Assembly (NCBI GenBank): GCA_948607205.1
Contig: CAPERS010000002.1
Location: 68,767-132,766 of the forward strand
DNA: 64,000 bases
Direction: 5' to 3'
DNA from: an uncultured Eubacteriales bacterium
GTDB taxonomy: Bacteria; Bacillota; Clostridia; Christensenellales; UBA1242
A program made the translations under genes and the position numbers. Every line of letters starts with the position of its first letter. The first letter of the stretch is position 1. Positions 37,801 through 46,880 of this stretch are shown one piece after another. The notes under the pieces are model-generated. The model ran no database searches. It was not told the DNA's origin and saw only the letters and a program-made list of their open reading frames with translations.

Positions 37801-37957
37801 CCGGGGGCTTAACAACTTTTTCAAAGTTGTTCATGGCGTCAGCCATGCGAACCCCAGACTTGTCCAGGTCGGAGCAAGCCGAAGAAGTGTGCGTGCTCGG
37901 TCATTCGGTTTATGCTCCTTTGGAGCATACCTCATAGCGCGCCCCGGCAGTCCACCA
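37801..37957 (+). other. GC-rich multi-hairpin element ending in a duplicated tRNA-Lys 3' end
   Basis: CCCCGGCAGTCCACCA (37942-37957) exactly repeats 37742-37757. CCGGGG (37801-06) can pair with CCCCGG (37942-47). Internal hairpins at 37811-31, 37832-47 and 37911-29. Confidence 0.5.
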
Positions 37958-37963
37958 AAAAAA

Positions 37964-37997
37964 AGAGAAGACGAACTTTTGTTCGTCTTCTCTTTTT
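37964..37997. terminator. Strong bidirectional intrinsic terminator (13-bp stem)
   Basis: AGAGAAGACGAAC-TTTT-GTTCGTCTTCTCT flanked by A8 and T runs. Also lies downstream of the minus-strand ABC gene. Confidence 0.7.
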
Positions 37998-38040
37998 AAG
38001 TGATAAAGTTATAAAGTTAATAGTGATTTTTTCAACACTC

Positions 38041-39711
38041 TCACATATCAAAGATATAATCAGAAATCGAAGTCACTCTCTTGTCATGAGAGATGACAAT
38101 CACGATATTTTTCTTTTTCAGTTGTTTCATAACTTTGATAACCTTTTCAACATTTTCGCTGTCAAGGTCGTTCGTCGGTTCGTCGAAGATATAGACATCG
38201 CCAAGCCTGCTTATTGCCCTCACAAAAGATATTCTCTTTCGCTCGCCACCTGAAATGACTTTTTCAAGATTTATCTTTTGGCAATCGTTAGTTCTTTCAA
38301 TCAAGTTTTCGAGTTTGAACTTTTCAATGTTTTTTCTTGCAAGCGCATTTGGCTCATGATTTGGATAGCAAACATTATCAATCACGCTTCTGTCGAAAAT
38401 ACAGCCATTTTGAAGTGTCAAAAATACCTTTGCTGAGTTATAGAAAAGTGACTTGACTTTATAACTGTTATTGATAATTATCTCACCGCTTTTATATTCT
38501 TTAATTCCCAAGAGGCAACCCAACAAAGTTGTTTTTCCGCAACCGCTTGTTCCAACAATGCAAGTTATCTTTCCTGCTTCAAATGACACATTGAGGTTTT
38601 CTCTATGGAGTGTTCCAATTTCGATTTCAATCTTTCTCATGTCGATTTTGCTTATTTTTTCTTTGCGCAATAATTTATTTTCAAACCTATCTTCGCCTGG
38701 GTCAAAAACCTCATTTTCTTTAGGTTCAAATTCATAAAGTCTATTAACGCGATACCCTGTTGAAACAAGAATGTTGATATTATGTCCCATATCATTAAGA
38801 GGCGAAAAAAGATTGTTGAGATATGAAATAAGAAGAACAATTGTATTGATGCCTAGCGCGCTTAGCCCTACCTTTTCAGCAAACAGGTAAATGCTCACGC
38901 CCATAAATGCATATTCAATCAAATGCAAAAATCCCCAATAAGCAACCCAAATGACAGCCCTTTTATCAACCTCTTTCTTGTATGCCTTATGTTCTCTTTT
39001 AAGAAGTTTAAGTTCATGAAACTGAGAGTTTATAAAGGTTATAAAATTAAGATTGTTGACGCAGTCATTGATGTTATTACTGACTTTGGAGTTTGCAATG
39101 TCCATTTTTATAAAGCACCTTTTGTCAAGTTTGGAACGAATGATGCTGAGAACAATTACAAAAATACAAATTACAAGTGAGCCGAGAGCGATATACACAT
39201 TTATTGAAACTATATAAATAAATGCAAGCACCGCAGAAACCAAATGCGGAAAAACATAAATCATAAAAGTATCCAAAAATTCATCCACTGCCGACGATGA
39301 TGAGTCCGCAATAAAGATAATCTCTCCGTTACTTTTTTTCAAATCCATATTCTTTCTTGGAGTCAAAATATAAGACAACATTTTTTCTCTATAACAGTTT
39401 TGCACTTTTGCACCCAACTGGCTTCTGTGCGCACGTGCCCAAGTTGCAAAAATGCCAAGAAAAGCTAGGATACCAAAACATATTGCAATCACTGCACCAA
39501 AACTCAAACTGTCTGGCAAAGGTATGCCATAAAACAAAGTTTGCTCGCCAAGTGCTTTTGCCGTTATGCAAGCAATTGCCTGTGGAAGTGAAAGAATGAA
39601 TAATGAACGTAAAGCGCAGGCAACAAAAGTTATGACAAAATCAAACTTGCCTTTTTTATCTAAAATTTGCCAAACAATTCTAAAAGTGTTAAGAAATGTT
39701 TTCTTTCTCAT
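38041..39711 (-). CDS. ABC transporter, fused permease/ATP-binding (exporter type)
   Basis: 556 aa. N-terminal six-helix TMD. GTSGCGKTTL (Walker A), ISGGERKRISF (signature) and VYIFDEPT (Walker B). Confidence 0.85.
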   Translation of the reverse strand: MRKKTFLNTFRIVWQILDKKGKFDFVITFVACALRSLFILSLPQAIACITAKALGEQTLFYGIPLPDSLSFGAVIAICFGILAFLGIFATWARAHRSQLGAKVQNCYREKMLSYILTPRKNMDLKKSNGEIIFIADSSSSAVDEFLDTFMIYVFPHLVSAVLAFIYIVSINVYIALGSLVICIFVIVLSIIRSKLDKRCFIKMDIANSKVSNNINDCVNNLNFITFINSQFHELKLLKREHKAYKKEVDKRAVIWVAYWGFLHLIEYAFMGVSIYLFAEKVGLSALGINTIVLLISYLNNLFSPLNDMGHNINILVSTGYRVNRLYEFEPKENEVFDPGEDRFENKLLRKEKISKIDMRKIEIEIGTLHRENLNVSFEAGKITCIVGTSGCGKTTLLGCLLGIKEYKSGEIIINNSYKVKSLFYNSAKVFLTLQNGCIFDRSVIDNVCYPNHEPNALARKNIEKFKLENLIERTNDCQKINLEKVISGGERKRISFVRAISRLGDVYIFDEPTNDLDSENVEKVIKVMKQLKKKNIVIVISHDKRVTSISDYIFDM

Positions 39712-39803
39712 TTGAACCTCAATTTTTAAATGTCTTTTTAGTTAATGATAAAACAAAAAAAATAAAAATAGATGACTTTTTGTCATCTATTTTTGTCACC
39801 TTG

Positions 39804-41294
39804 TCACATCACAATAACACTTCCGTCAAGCCAACTGTTGAAGAACCCTTCAAGGTTATAGCCAGTTGAGCGAATGAAAGTTTGAATAAGTTCGGCTGGA
39901 CTTGCATTTTTAAAACAATATGTGCTGAAATATGTTTTCAACGCTTTTTCGAAACGTTTATCACCGACAGATTGTCTGAGCGTGTGAAACATGATGGAAC
40001 CCTTTGTGTAAATGCAATGAACATATTCTGGCTCTGTTTGAAAATCCTTGAGCGGTCTATTCATGCTTGTGTCAACTTCGCCAAGCACATCGGTGTAAAC
40101 CTCAACGAAAAACTTGAAGTTTGTTGTGGCATTTTTTATCAGTTTATCAATTTCAAAATTGTATTCGCTATGCCTTTCAAAAAACATGAGCGTGCTATAT
40201 TCAGCCAAACTTTCGTCCATCCATGCGTTATTATACTCGTCATTTCCAACCATGCCGTACCACCACTGGTGAGCAATTTCATGCACAATCACATAATTGA
40301 AATCTTCTTGACTTTGACAATCGTCAGAAATCATGACAAGAGTTGGATATTCCATACCTCCATGCACAAAACCTGTTTTGACAACTGAGAGAGTTGGATA
40401 TGAATATTCTCCAATTGTTTCTTCAAAAAACCTCAAGGCTTTTTCTGAAACTTCAAGGCATTCTGTCAGGTTTTGGTCACCTTCATAGCCATAATATTTG
40501 ACTTTGACACCATCGACATCCTTTTCAATCATATTGAAATTTTCAGAAAGACAGAAGGCAAAGTCACGAACCTTGTTCTGTGAAATTTGCGCTGTTTTCA
40601 TGCCGCCGCTTTCGCTTTCATTTGCAACATTTCCACTGCACGCAAGAACCATTGAGTTTGGATATGAAATCTTGACATTATAGTTTGCAACGTCGCTATA
40701 AAATGGGTCTCCGTTTGAATGATAAAGTTCTTCCATGAAACCTTTGCCCTGTTCATAGACGCAGGCAATAGGATAAAAATTTCCAAAATTGACAACCTTT
40801 TCGCCATAGCCCAATCTGTGATTTATGTTGGCAAGTGTCACCTTGAATGTTATCACAATTTTGACGCATTCATCAGGGTAGATACCATTTTTAAGCTTGA
40901 CTGACAAAATGTTTTCGTCCTCGCCAGCAACAGAAAATTCAAGCGAGTTCACATCTTTATCAATTTTTTCTTCGACACTGTCAATTTTTATATCACCAAA
41001 ACTTTCGCCATTGGGATAGGCTTTATCGACATTGGACACCGAAACAATTTTGTTTTTTGCGCCTTGCCTGAAAGCATTTGGATAAAGATGAAAATTGATG
41101 TTTTCAAGATAGTTGTCTGACACATTGAAATATTCCACCTCTTCCCGACCAGAAAGGATATGAGAATTGTTGTCATACTCAAGTTCAAGATTGTAGGTCG
41201 ACAACAAAGGCTCTTCTTCTTTGCAACCAATAAAAAGCAAAGGAGCAATTAAAATCACAGGCAAAATAAATAAAAGATACTTAAAGTTTTTCAT
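39804..41294 (-). CDS. M1-family zinc metallopeptidase, lipoprotein
   Basis: 496 aa. Lipobox LLFIGC. HEIAHQWWYG ... WMDESLAEY is HExxH plus the distal Glu. Confidence 0.85.
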   Translation of the reverse strand: MKNFKYLLFILPVILIAPLLFIGCKEEEPLLSTYNLELEYDNNSHILSGREEVEYFNVSDNYLENINFHLYPNAFRQGAKNKIVSVSNVDKAYPNGESFGDIKIDSVEEKIDKDVNSLEFSVAGEDENILSVKLKNGIYPDECVKIVITFKVTLANINHRLGYGEKVVNFGNFYPIACVYEQGKGFMEELYHSNGDPFYSDVANYNVKISYPNSMVLACSGNVANESESGGMKTAQISQNKVRDFAFCLSENFNMIEKDVDGVKVKYYGYEGDQNLTECLEVSEKALRFFEETIGEYSYPTLSVVKTGFVHGGMEYPTLVMISDDCQSQEDFNYVIVHEIAHQWWYGMVGNDEYNNAWMDESLAEYSTLMFFERHSEYNFEIDKLIKNATTNFKFFVEVYTDVLGEVDTSMNRPLKDFQTEPEYVHCIYTKGSIMFHTLRQSVGDKRFEKALKTYFSTYCFKNASPAELIQTFIRSTGYNLEGFFNSWLDGSVIVM

Positions 41295-41470
41295 ACTTTA
41301 ATGTATTAAGGCTTGACCGAAATCATGACAAAAGTCGCTTAAAAAGCACTAATTCCTTTAAAAAGTTTGAAAGAACAATTATTGCAAGTTTTTTATCAAT
41401 CAAAAAAGCAAATTTTGTTGTCAAAAGTGAGATTTTGTGTTATCATGTTAAGGTAAACTTGGAGATAAAA

Positions 41471-42919
41471 ATGGCATTTTGTAAATATTCAACTGAATTC
41501 ATAGCAAGTTCAAAAACCGAGATAGACAACATTTTCATAAATGACTATCTCCCTTTTGCTGACCCAAAATATGTCAAAGTCTATGTTTTTGGGCTTTATA
41601 AATGCAACAATGCATCATCTTTTGACAATAATATTCAATCTTTTGCCAAAGCGCTTGGAATGACTGAAGATGACGTTCTTGAAGCGTTTGAATATTGGCA
41701 AGAAGAAGGACTTGTGCAAGTTTTGAAGTCAAGCCCTGTTGAAATCAGATATATTCCACTTAACAATGTGCTTTCAAGCAACAAGTTATATAAGCCTGAC
41801 AAATACGCCATCTTCAACAGCCAAGCCCAAGAGATTTTTGAAGGCAAGCGTGAAATTTCCAAAACTGAATATGGAGAATACTATGACTTTTTGGAAAGAT
41901 TTCATGTTGAGCAAGAAGCCCTTCTCATGATTATGAAATATTGCGTTGACACAAAAAAGAGTGCTGTTGGCTATAACTATATTCTCACTGTGGCAAAAAA
42001 TTGGGCAAATGAAGGAATAACAACTGCAAGTGCTGTCGAAGACAGGCTTAAAGCATTTGAAGAAAAATCTCCAGAATTATCAGAGATTTTTGCTTGCCTT
42101 GGCATCAAGCGCTCGGCTTATGTTGAAGAGCGCGCTTTGGTTGAAAAATGGCTCAGTGATTTTGGATTCAATCTTGATGTTATTTTATATGTTGCAAAAA
42201 AGATAAAAGCCAGAAACAAATCAACCCTTGAACGCATTGACAGAGAATTGACAAAATATTATGAAATGAAACTTTTCTCAATAATGGAGATCGAAAGTTT
42301 TGAAAAGGAAAAGCAAGAACTTTATGCTCTTGCGCGTGAAATCAACAAGACAATCGGCGTTTATTATGAAAGCCTTGACGGCGAGGTTGAAAACTATATT
42401 CTCAAATGGCTCAATCTCGGATTTGATAAAGACGTTTTGCTCGACATTGCTTACTACTCTTTCAAAAGGTCTGTCAGAACACTGGAAGGCATGGACAAAA
42501 CAATTTCAAAATTCTATAAACTTGGCATTCTGTCCTGCTCTGCTCTGAAAGAATATATGCACGAAGTTGTTTCAACTGACGAGCAAATCAAAAAGATTTT
42601 GGACGAACTTGGTCTGTCACGCAATGTTAATTATATAGACCGCGAAAATTATAAAACTTGGAAGGAAAATTGGAATATGAGTGATGAACTCATTTCTCAT
42701 GCCACTACCCTTGCAAAAGATAAAGATAGCCCACTCAAATATCTCAGCCGTTGTCTATCTGACTGGCATGAAAAAGGAATCAAAACAGTGGAAGAAGCAA
42801 AGAAAACAGCTCCACTTTCCCAAAGCATGAAATCACAGAGTCAAAACTTCACAGGCAGGAGTTATTCAAAGGAGGAAATCAACGCCCTCTTCCAATCAAT
42901 CGACGAAGTTGATGTGTGA
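41471..42919 (+). CDS. DnaD-domain replication initiation/membrane attachment protein (B. subtilis DnaB-type)
   Basis: Start at ATG 41471 after GGAGAT. N-terminus FINDYLPFADPKYVKVYVFGLY and repeated DnaD-like C-terminal domains. Followed by dnaI. Confidence 0.8.
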   Translation: MAFCKYSTEFIASSKTEIDNIFINDYLPFADPKYVKVYVFGLYKCNNASSFDNNIQSFAKALGMTEDDVLEAFEYWQEEGLVQVLKSSPVEIRYIPLNNVLSSNKLYKPDKYAIFNSQAQEIFEGKREISKTEYGEYYDFLERFHVEQEALLMIMKYCVDTKKSAVGYNYILTVAKNWANEGITTASAVEDRLKAFEEKSPELSEIFACLGIKRSAYVEERALVEKWLSDFGFNLDVILYVAKKIKARNKSTLERIDRELTKYYEMKLFSIMEIESFEKEKQELYALAREINKTIGVYYESLDGEVENYILKWLNLGFDKDVLLDIAYYSFKRSVRTLEGMDKTISKFYKLGILSCSALKEYMHEVVSTDEQIKKILDELGLSRNVNYIDRENYKTWKENWNMSDELISHATTLAKDKDSPLKYLSRCLSDWHEKGIKTVEEAKKTAPLSQSMKSQSQNFTGRSYSKEEINALFQSIDEVDV

Positions 42920-42981
42920 GCACTTTAAGTGCTTTTTATGGTGAACGAAACTTTTTAGAAAAGAAAAAAAGGATATAAAAT

Positions 42982-43878
42982 ATGAGAGAACAAATTTTAA
43001 ATGAAGCATTGAGCATAATCAATAACCGTGGAAATCAAGCCGAAATTAAAGCTCTTGAAAACAAGAGAAAAGCACTTGAAGATGAGCGCTTTAAGGGTCT
43101 TTATCAAGACTACACTTCTTCCATGATAGAAAATGCCAAACAAGGCAAGAAAAGCGACCTCAGCACAAAGAAATCGGCATATGAGAAACGCTTAAAAGAA
43201 CTTAAAATTGATTCTGTTGAACCAGATTATTTCTGCAAAAAGTGCAATGACAGCGGTTATATTGAAGGTCAAAAGTGCCAATGCCTTAAAGACGAGCTGA
43301 ACAAAATCATTCTTCGTGAAAGTGGATTTGTCAGTTTGGAAGAATTTGAAAATGCCAAGTTTGACATCTTCGAAAATGGCGAATATATGAAAAAAGTGTA
43401 TTCAAAAATGAAGGAATGGTGTGGTTCAAACTTTGACAAAACTGTTATTCTTTTGAGTGGTGGAACGGGAGTCGGCAAAACTCACCTTTCAAAATGTATG
43501 GCAAATGAACTTATCAAAAAAGGCCACCTTGTCACACTCACAACCGCTTTCAAAATGAACCAAGACTTTTTAAAGTCATATTCTTCTCGCGACCTTGAAG
43601 AAAAACAGGCACTTCTTGAAAAATATCTGTCCGCTGAAATACTTTTTATCGACGACCTCGGCACAGAACTTGTGCAAAAAGGCATCACTGTCAATTTCCT
43701 CTATCAAGTTCTCAATGAGCGCAAATCCAACAAAATGCCAACCGTCATTACCACCAACCTTGACCTCAAAGATATTCGTGACACCTATGACGAGCGCATT
43801 TCCAGCCGAATCATTGACAAACAAACCTCAATCTGCCTGCAAATTGACGGAAAAGATTTGAGATTGAATAAAAAGTAA
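42982..43878 (+). CDS. dnaI: Helicase loader DnaI (AAA+, IstB-like)
   Basis: 298 aa. Zn-binding CKKCNDSGY..CQC, Walker A GGTGVGKTHL and Walker B ILFIDDLG. Confidence 0.8.
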   Translation: MREQILNEALSIINNRGNQAEIKALENKRKALEDERFKGLYQDYTSSMIENAKQGKKSDLSTKKSAYEKRLKELKIDSVEPDYFCKKCNDSGYIEGQKCQCLKDELNKIILRESGFVSLEEFENAKFDIFENGEYMKKVYSKMKEWCGSNFDKTVILLSGGTGVGKTHLSKCMANELIKKGHLVTLTTAFKMNQDFLKSYSSRDLEEKQALLEKYLSAEILFIDDLGTELVQKGITVNFLYQVLNERKSNKMPTVITTNLDLKDIRDTYDERISSRIIDKQTSICLQIDGKDLRLNKK

Positions 43879-43969
43879 ACTTATGAAAGAAAATTAAAAA
43901 ACACCGACATCAATCGGTGATTTTTTAAAATAATAAAAACTTTCTTTTTTAATCTATATTATTATTTTT

Positions 43970-44209
43970 CTATATTCCTATTTCATGTTTTGAATCATTC
44001 AATTTTGCTTCAATATAATCTCCAAAGGAAAGACTGCCTTTGCATTTTGCCATTATGCATATATAGGATTTCTTATTTGTGTTATAACGCATAGGAAATT
44101 TGCATATTGGACAACTTGTTGTATCATTTATTCTATATTTTTCGGTTACTAACTTAACAAGTCCACTTGCAATTTTTATTTCTCTTGTGTATTCAACATC
44201 ATATGTCAT
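43970..44209 (-). CDS. 79-aa hypothetical protein with CxxC...CxxxxC (zinc-ribbon-like)
   Basis: Start moved to ATG 44209 behind AAGGAGAAATCAC. Contains CPICKFPMRY...CIMAKC. Confidence 0.45.
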   Translation of the reverse strand: MTYDVEYTREIKIASGLVKLVTEKYRINDTTSCPICKFPMRYNTNKKSYICIMAKCKGSLSFGDYIEAKLNDSKHEIGI

Positions 44210-44273
44210 GTGATTTCTCCTTTTAACAACTTTAAGTTTAGCATAAAAGACTGTAAAAGTCAATACCTAAATT

Positions 44274-44885
44274 TTACCTTTTCAAAAATCTAATAAACGC
44301 TTTGATGTTACGCTTTTGGCGTGCAAATTCAGAATCTTCGCCATGTCCGCTGTGGCAAGTTTCAAACTCAAGCGCGTCAAGTTTTTCAAGAGAGCAAATT
44401 ATTTCTTCTTTGCTTGAGCCATAAAGGTCAGTTCTGCCAATGCCGTTGTCAAAAAGTGTGTCACCAGCAAAAAGATGATTGTTTAAGAGAAAGCAAACTG
44501 AGGATTTGCAATGTCCGGGTGTGGCAAAAAATTGGATTTCAAAATCTTCAAAATTTAGTTTTCCATCTTCTTTAATAAATTCAAAATTGTCGAAAGAATC
44601 GAGTTTAAAGCTCTCGCCATAGTTTTTGGCAGGGTCAATAAGCTCATCCTTGGCAAACTCACTTGCATAAATTTTGCAGTCAAACTTTTTTGCATAATCA
44701 AGAGCGAACATCGCGTGGTCATAATGTCCGTGCGTCAAAAGCACAGCGGTGACTTTTAAGTTCCCGACTTCTTTTTCAATAAGCGCAGTTTCAACGCCAG
44801 CGTCAATAATCACGCAATCCTTGCCATTTATGCATATAAAAACATTTGATTCAAGATATTGACTTTTTAAATTTTTGATTTCCAT
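44274..44885 (-). CDS. MBL-fold metallo-hydrolase (glyoxalase II-like)
   Basis: Start moved to ATG 44885 (MEIKNLK...) because the longer ORF reads through tRNA-Trp. THGHYDH motif, and later H/D ligands (PGHC, HSGHG). Confidence 0.8.
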   Translation of the reverse strand: MEIKNLKSQYLESNVFICINGKDCVIIDAGVETALIEKEVGNLKVTAVLLTHGHYDHAMFALDYAKKFDCKIYASEFAKDELIDPAKNYGESFKLDSFDNFEFIKEDGKLNFEDFEIQFFATPGHCKSSVCFLLNNHLFAGDTLFDNGIGRTDLYGSSKEEIICSLEKLDALEFETCHSGHGEDSEFARQKRNIKAFIRFLKR

Positions 44886-45008
44886 GAAAGTATTATATAA
44901 CTTTTTAACAAAATTTGAAAACTTTTTTTGCATTTGTAAACAAAAAATCAGCATATTTTGTTGACTTAGACGTGGGTTTATAGTAAAATAATGATGTTGA
45001 AAATATAT

Positions 45009-45082
45009 AGGGGTGTAGTTCATCGGTAGAATGAGAGTCTCCAAAACTCCAGAGGAGGGTTCGATTCCTTCCACCCCTGCCA
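45009..45082 (+). tRNA. tRNA-Trp (anticodon CCA), CCA encoded
   Basis: AGGGGTG/CACCCCT acceptor stem, anticodon loop CTCCAAA, GAGGG-TTCGATT-CCTTC T-arm. 74 nt. Confidence 0.95.
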
Positions 45083-45169
45083 AAACGCGACCAAACGAAA
45101 TGCTTCACTAAGCATTTTGTCGCAACTATAAAATGGAATTAAAAAATCACCGATTTCTATCGGTGTTTT

Positions 45170-45607
45170 TTATTCTTCCCCTGTCACCATATAATCGAGC
45201 GAAACATCAAAATATTTTGCTAATTTAATTAAACTTGATAAAACTGGTATTTTGCCCTTTTCCCAATCTCTTTTTGTATTTATATCCATATCTAAAATTT
45301 CGCACAACTTATAATGCGAACAATCAATCGATTTTCTCAATTTCTCATATCTTTTATCAAAATTTGGTTTAAATTTTATTTCTTTATTATAATTATTTTT
45401 ATCAGAAAGAGCCAATAAAAAATCAAGAGAACATTTGAAATAATTTGCAAGAATTATTGCACCCTCTAAATTCGGATTAAATTTCCCTTTTGTATAATTA
45501 TCTAATCTTTTATATGACATTCCTAGTTGCCTAGCAATTTCACTTTTGCTAAGCTTTTTGTCAGATATTAAATCGTTTAAAATGTCTTTAAATTCGTAAT
45601 CTTGCAT
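45170..45607 (-). CDS. XRE-family regulator with two HTH domains
   Basis: Start at ATG 45607 (GAGGAAAA RBS). Two Cro/C1-type HTH units (LSKSEIARQLGMSYKRLDNY.. and ..HYKLCEILDMDINTKRDWEKG). Paralogue of 46298-46738. Confidence 0.75.
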   Translation of the reverse strand: MQDYEFKDILNDLISDKKLSKSEIARQLGMSYKRLDNYTKGKFNPNLEGAIILANYFKCSLDFLLALSDKNNYNKEIKFKPNFDKRYEKLRKSIDCSHYKLCEILDMDINTKRDWEKGKIPVLSSLIKLAKYFDVSLDYMVTGEE

Positions 45608-45713
45608 TTTTCCTCGCATTTTTACAAATTTTAACAAATTTAGTCCGATTTTATTTGGTTTTGAAACTGAACTTGAGTATAATTAGTATAAGGGAAATTT
45701 TCGGAGGTTAAAA

Positions 45714-46301
45714 ATGGAAGTAATAATAGCGAATATTGACGCAAGATATACATTGTTTGAATATTTTTTTAAAAGTTTTAAAATGCATTTAACTAATCAT
45801 ATAGATCTTCTTGACGATAACATTTATCTTTATTTAGATAGTGAAAGAAAAATTACTATAAGAATTATACAAAATGGTTATGAAGAAAATGATTATCATA
45901 TTTCAGAGGATTTAAAATTAAAAATCAAAGAATTGCACATTCATGAACTGCGCAAATTTGCAAAAAAATGTGGGGTCAAATCACCTACCTCACAAAATAA
46001 AAAATCTTTAATTGATAAATTATCAAAATTACACGTTACAGATGTTCCAACTTATAATCAGGAACAAAAAGTAATAGAAACACAAGATTGGCATTTGTTC
46101 AAACATTACTTTACTAATATTTTTAGTCCTATTTCGGAGGACACATTAGTTTATATAAATTTAAAGAATATTAAAGATTTTGTGATTTACTTTGAAAATT
46201 TGCTTTCTCATATCGATGAAAAATTTGTTATGCTGAATTTCAATCAATATCAAATAACGCTTCAAGGCGAAATTCTAAAAATTAATTTATGCATAACTTA
46301 G
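45714..46301 (+). CDS. 195-aa hypothetical protein with an HeH/Rho-N-like motif
   Basis: GGAGG RBS. The central LKIKELHIHELRKFAKKCGVKSPTSQNKKSLIDKLSKL resembles a SAP/Rho_N helix-extension-helix. Confidence 0.5.
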   Translation: MEVIIANIDARYTLFEYFFKSFKMHLTNHIDLLDDNIYLYLDSERKITIRIIQNGYEENDYHISEDLKLKIKELHIHELRKFAKKCGVKSPTSQNKKSLIDKLSKLHVTDVPTYNQEQKVIETQDWHLFKHYFTNIFSPISEDTLVYINLKNIKDFVIYFENLLSHIDEKFVMLNFNQYQITLQGEILKINLCIT

Positions 46302-46738
46302 TTATCTATATCAAACAAAAGACTTTCAACTGACACACAAAAAAAATCTGCTATTTTAATTATCGTTGCAAGTTTTGGAATTCTACCATTCTCCCAATCT
46401 TTTTTAACATCCAAGTCTAACGGAATTAATTTTGATGCTTTATAATGAGAAAGTTTATTATTATTTAAAAGTTCAATATATCTTTGATAAAATTTGCCAT
46501 CATACACAATTTCATGCTTATAATTATTTTTCTTTGACAAGCCAAATAAATAACTTAAAGTCATCTGTAACGCATTCGCAATTTTTATAGCATTATCTAG
46601 TTCTGGTTGGCAATAACCTTTAAGATAATTATCAAGTCCTTTTTCTGAAATATTTAACATTTGAGCAAATTCAGTCTTTTTTAAATCTTTTTCAATCATG
46701 TAATCTTCTAAAATCTCTTTAATCGCTCCACTGTTCAT
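46298..46738 (-). CDS. XRE-family regulator with two HTH domains (paralogue)
   Basis: Start at ATG 46738 (GAGAGGTG RBS). Same architecture and C-terminal ...KIADFFCVSVESLLF as 45170-45607. Its 3' end overlaps 45714-46301 by 4 nt. Confidence 0.75.
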   Translation of the reverse strand: MNSGAIKEILEDYMIEKDLKKTEFAQMLNISEKGLDNYLKGYCQPELDNAIKIANALQMTLSYLFGLSKKNNYKHEIVYDGKFYQRYIELLNNNKLSHYKASKLIPLDLDVKKDWENGRIPKLATIIKIADFFCVSVESLLFDIDN

Positions 46739-46828
46739 AATTACACCTCTCACTTTATAAAAAGTTTAAGGGATTATTCACAAATTTGAACATTTTGAAA
46801 CTCAACCCGACTAGTTTATTTTTGCATA

Positions 46829-46857
46829 TTGACAAGTGGTAAATTTGGTGATAAAAT
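46829..46857 (+). promoter_or_regulatory. Putative promoter TTGACA-N17-TAAAAT with TG extension
   Basis: -35 at 46829-34, TGA-TAAAAT at 46849-57. Lies 24 nt upstream of ATG 46881. Confidence 0.5.
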
Positions 46858-46880
46858 GTTAACAAAAAGAGGAAGAAAAG

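Noticed and set aside
37801-37957. Could this be the SRP (4.5S/scRNA) gene, given GGGGGC/GCCCC ends and a CCAGGTCGGAG stretch?
   Set aside because: The conserved domain IV motif (AGGUCCGGAAGGAAGCAGC with a GNRA loop) is not present. The 3' end is an exact tRNA-Lys copy, which SRP RNA would not have.
37697-38253. ORFs 37697-37999 (+) and 37912-38253 (+).
   Set aside because: The first begins inside tRNA-Lys and reads through two terminators and the hairpin element. The second is antisense to the ABC transporter 3' end. Neither has an RBS.
44886-45083. N-terminal 66-aa extension of the MBL hydrolase ORF (MAGVEGIEPSSGVLETLILPMNYT...).
   Set aside because: The extension is the reverse-complement translation of tRNA-Trp (45009-45082). 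The start was moved to ATG 44885.
43902-45165. Two near-identical terminators, A-run-CACCGA-N6-TCGGTG-T-run (43902-43919 and 45148-45165), bracketing the Zn-ribbon ORF, MBL hydrolase and tRNA-Trp. Could they be element boundaries?
   Set aside because: The shared stems are only 6 bp and the loops differ. Both function plausibly as ordinary bidirectional terminators, and there is no target duplication or mobility gene.
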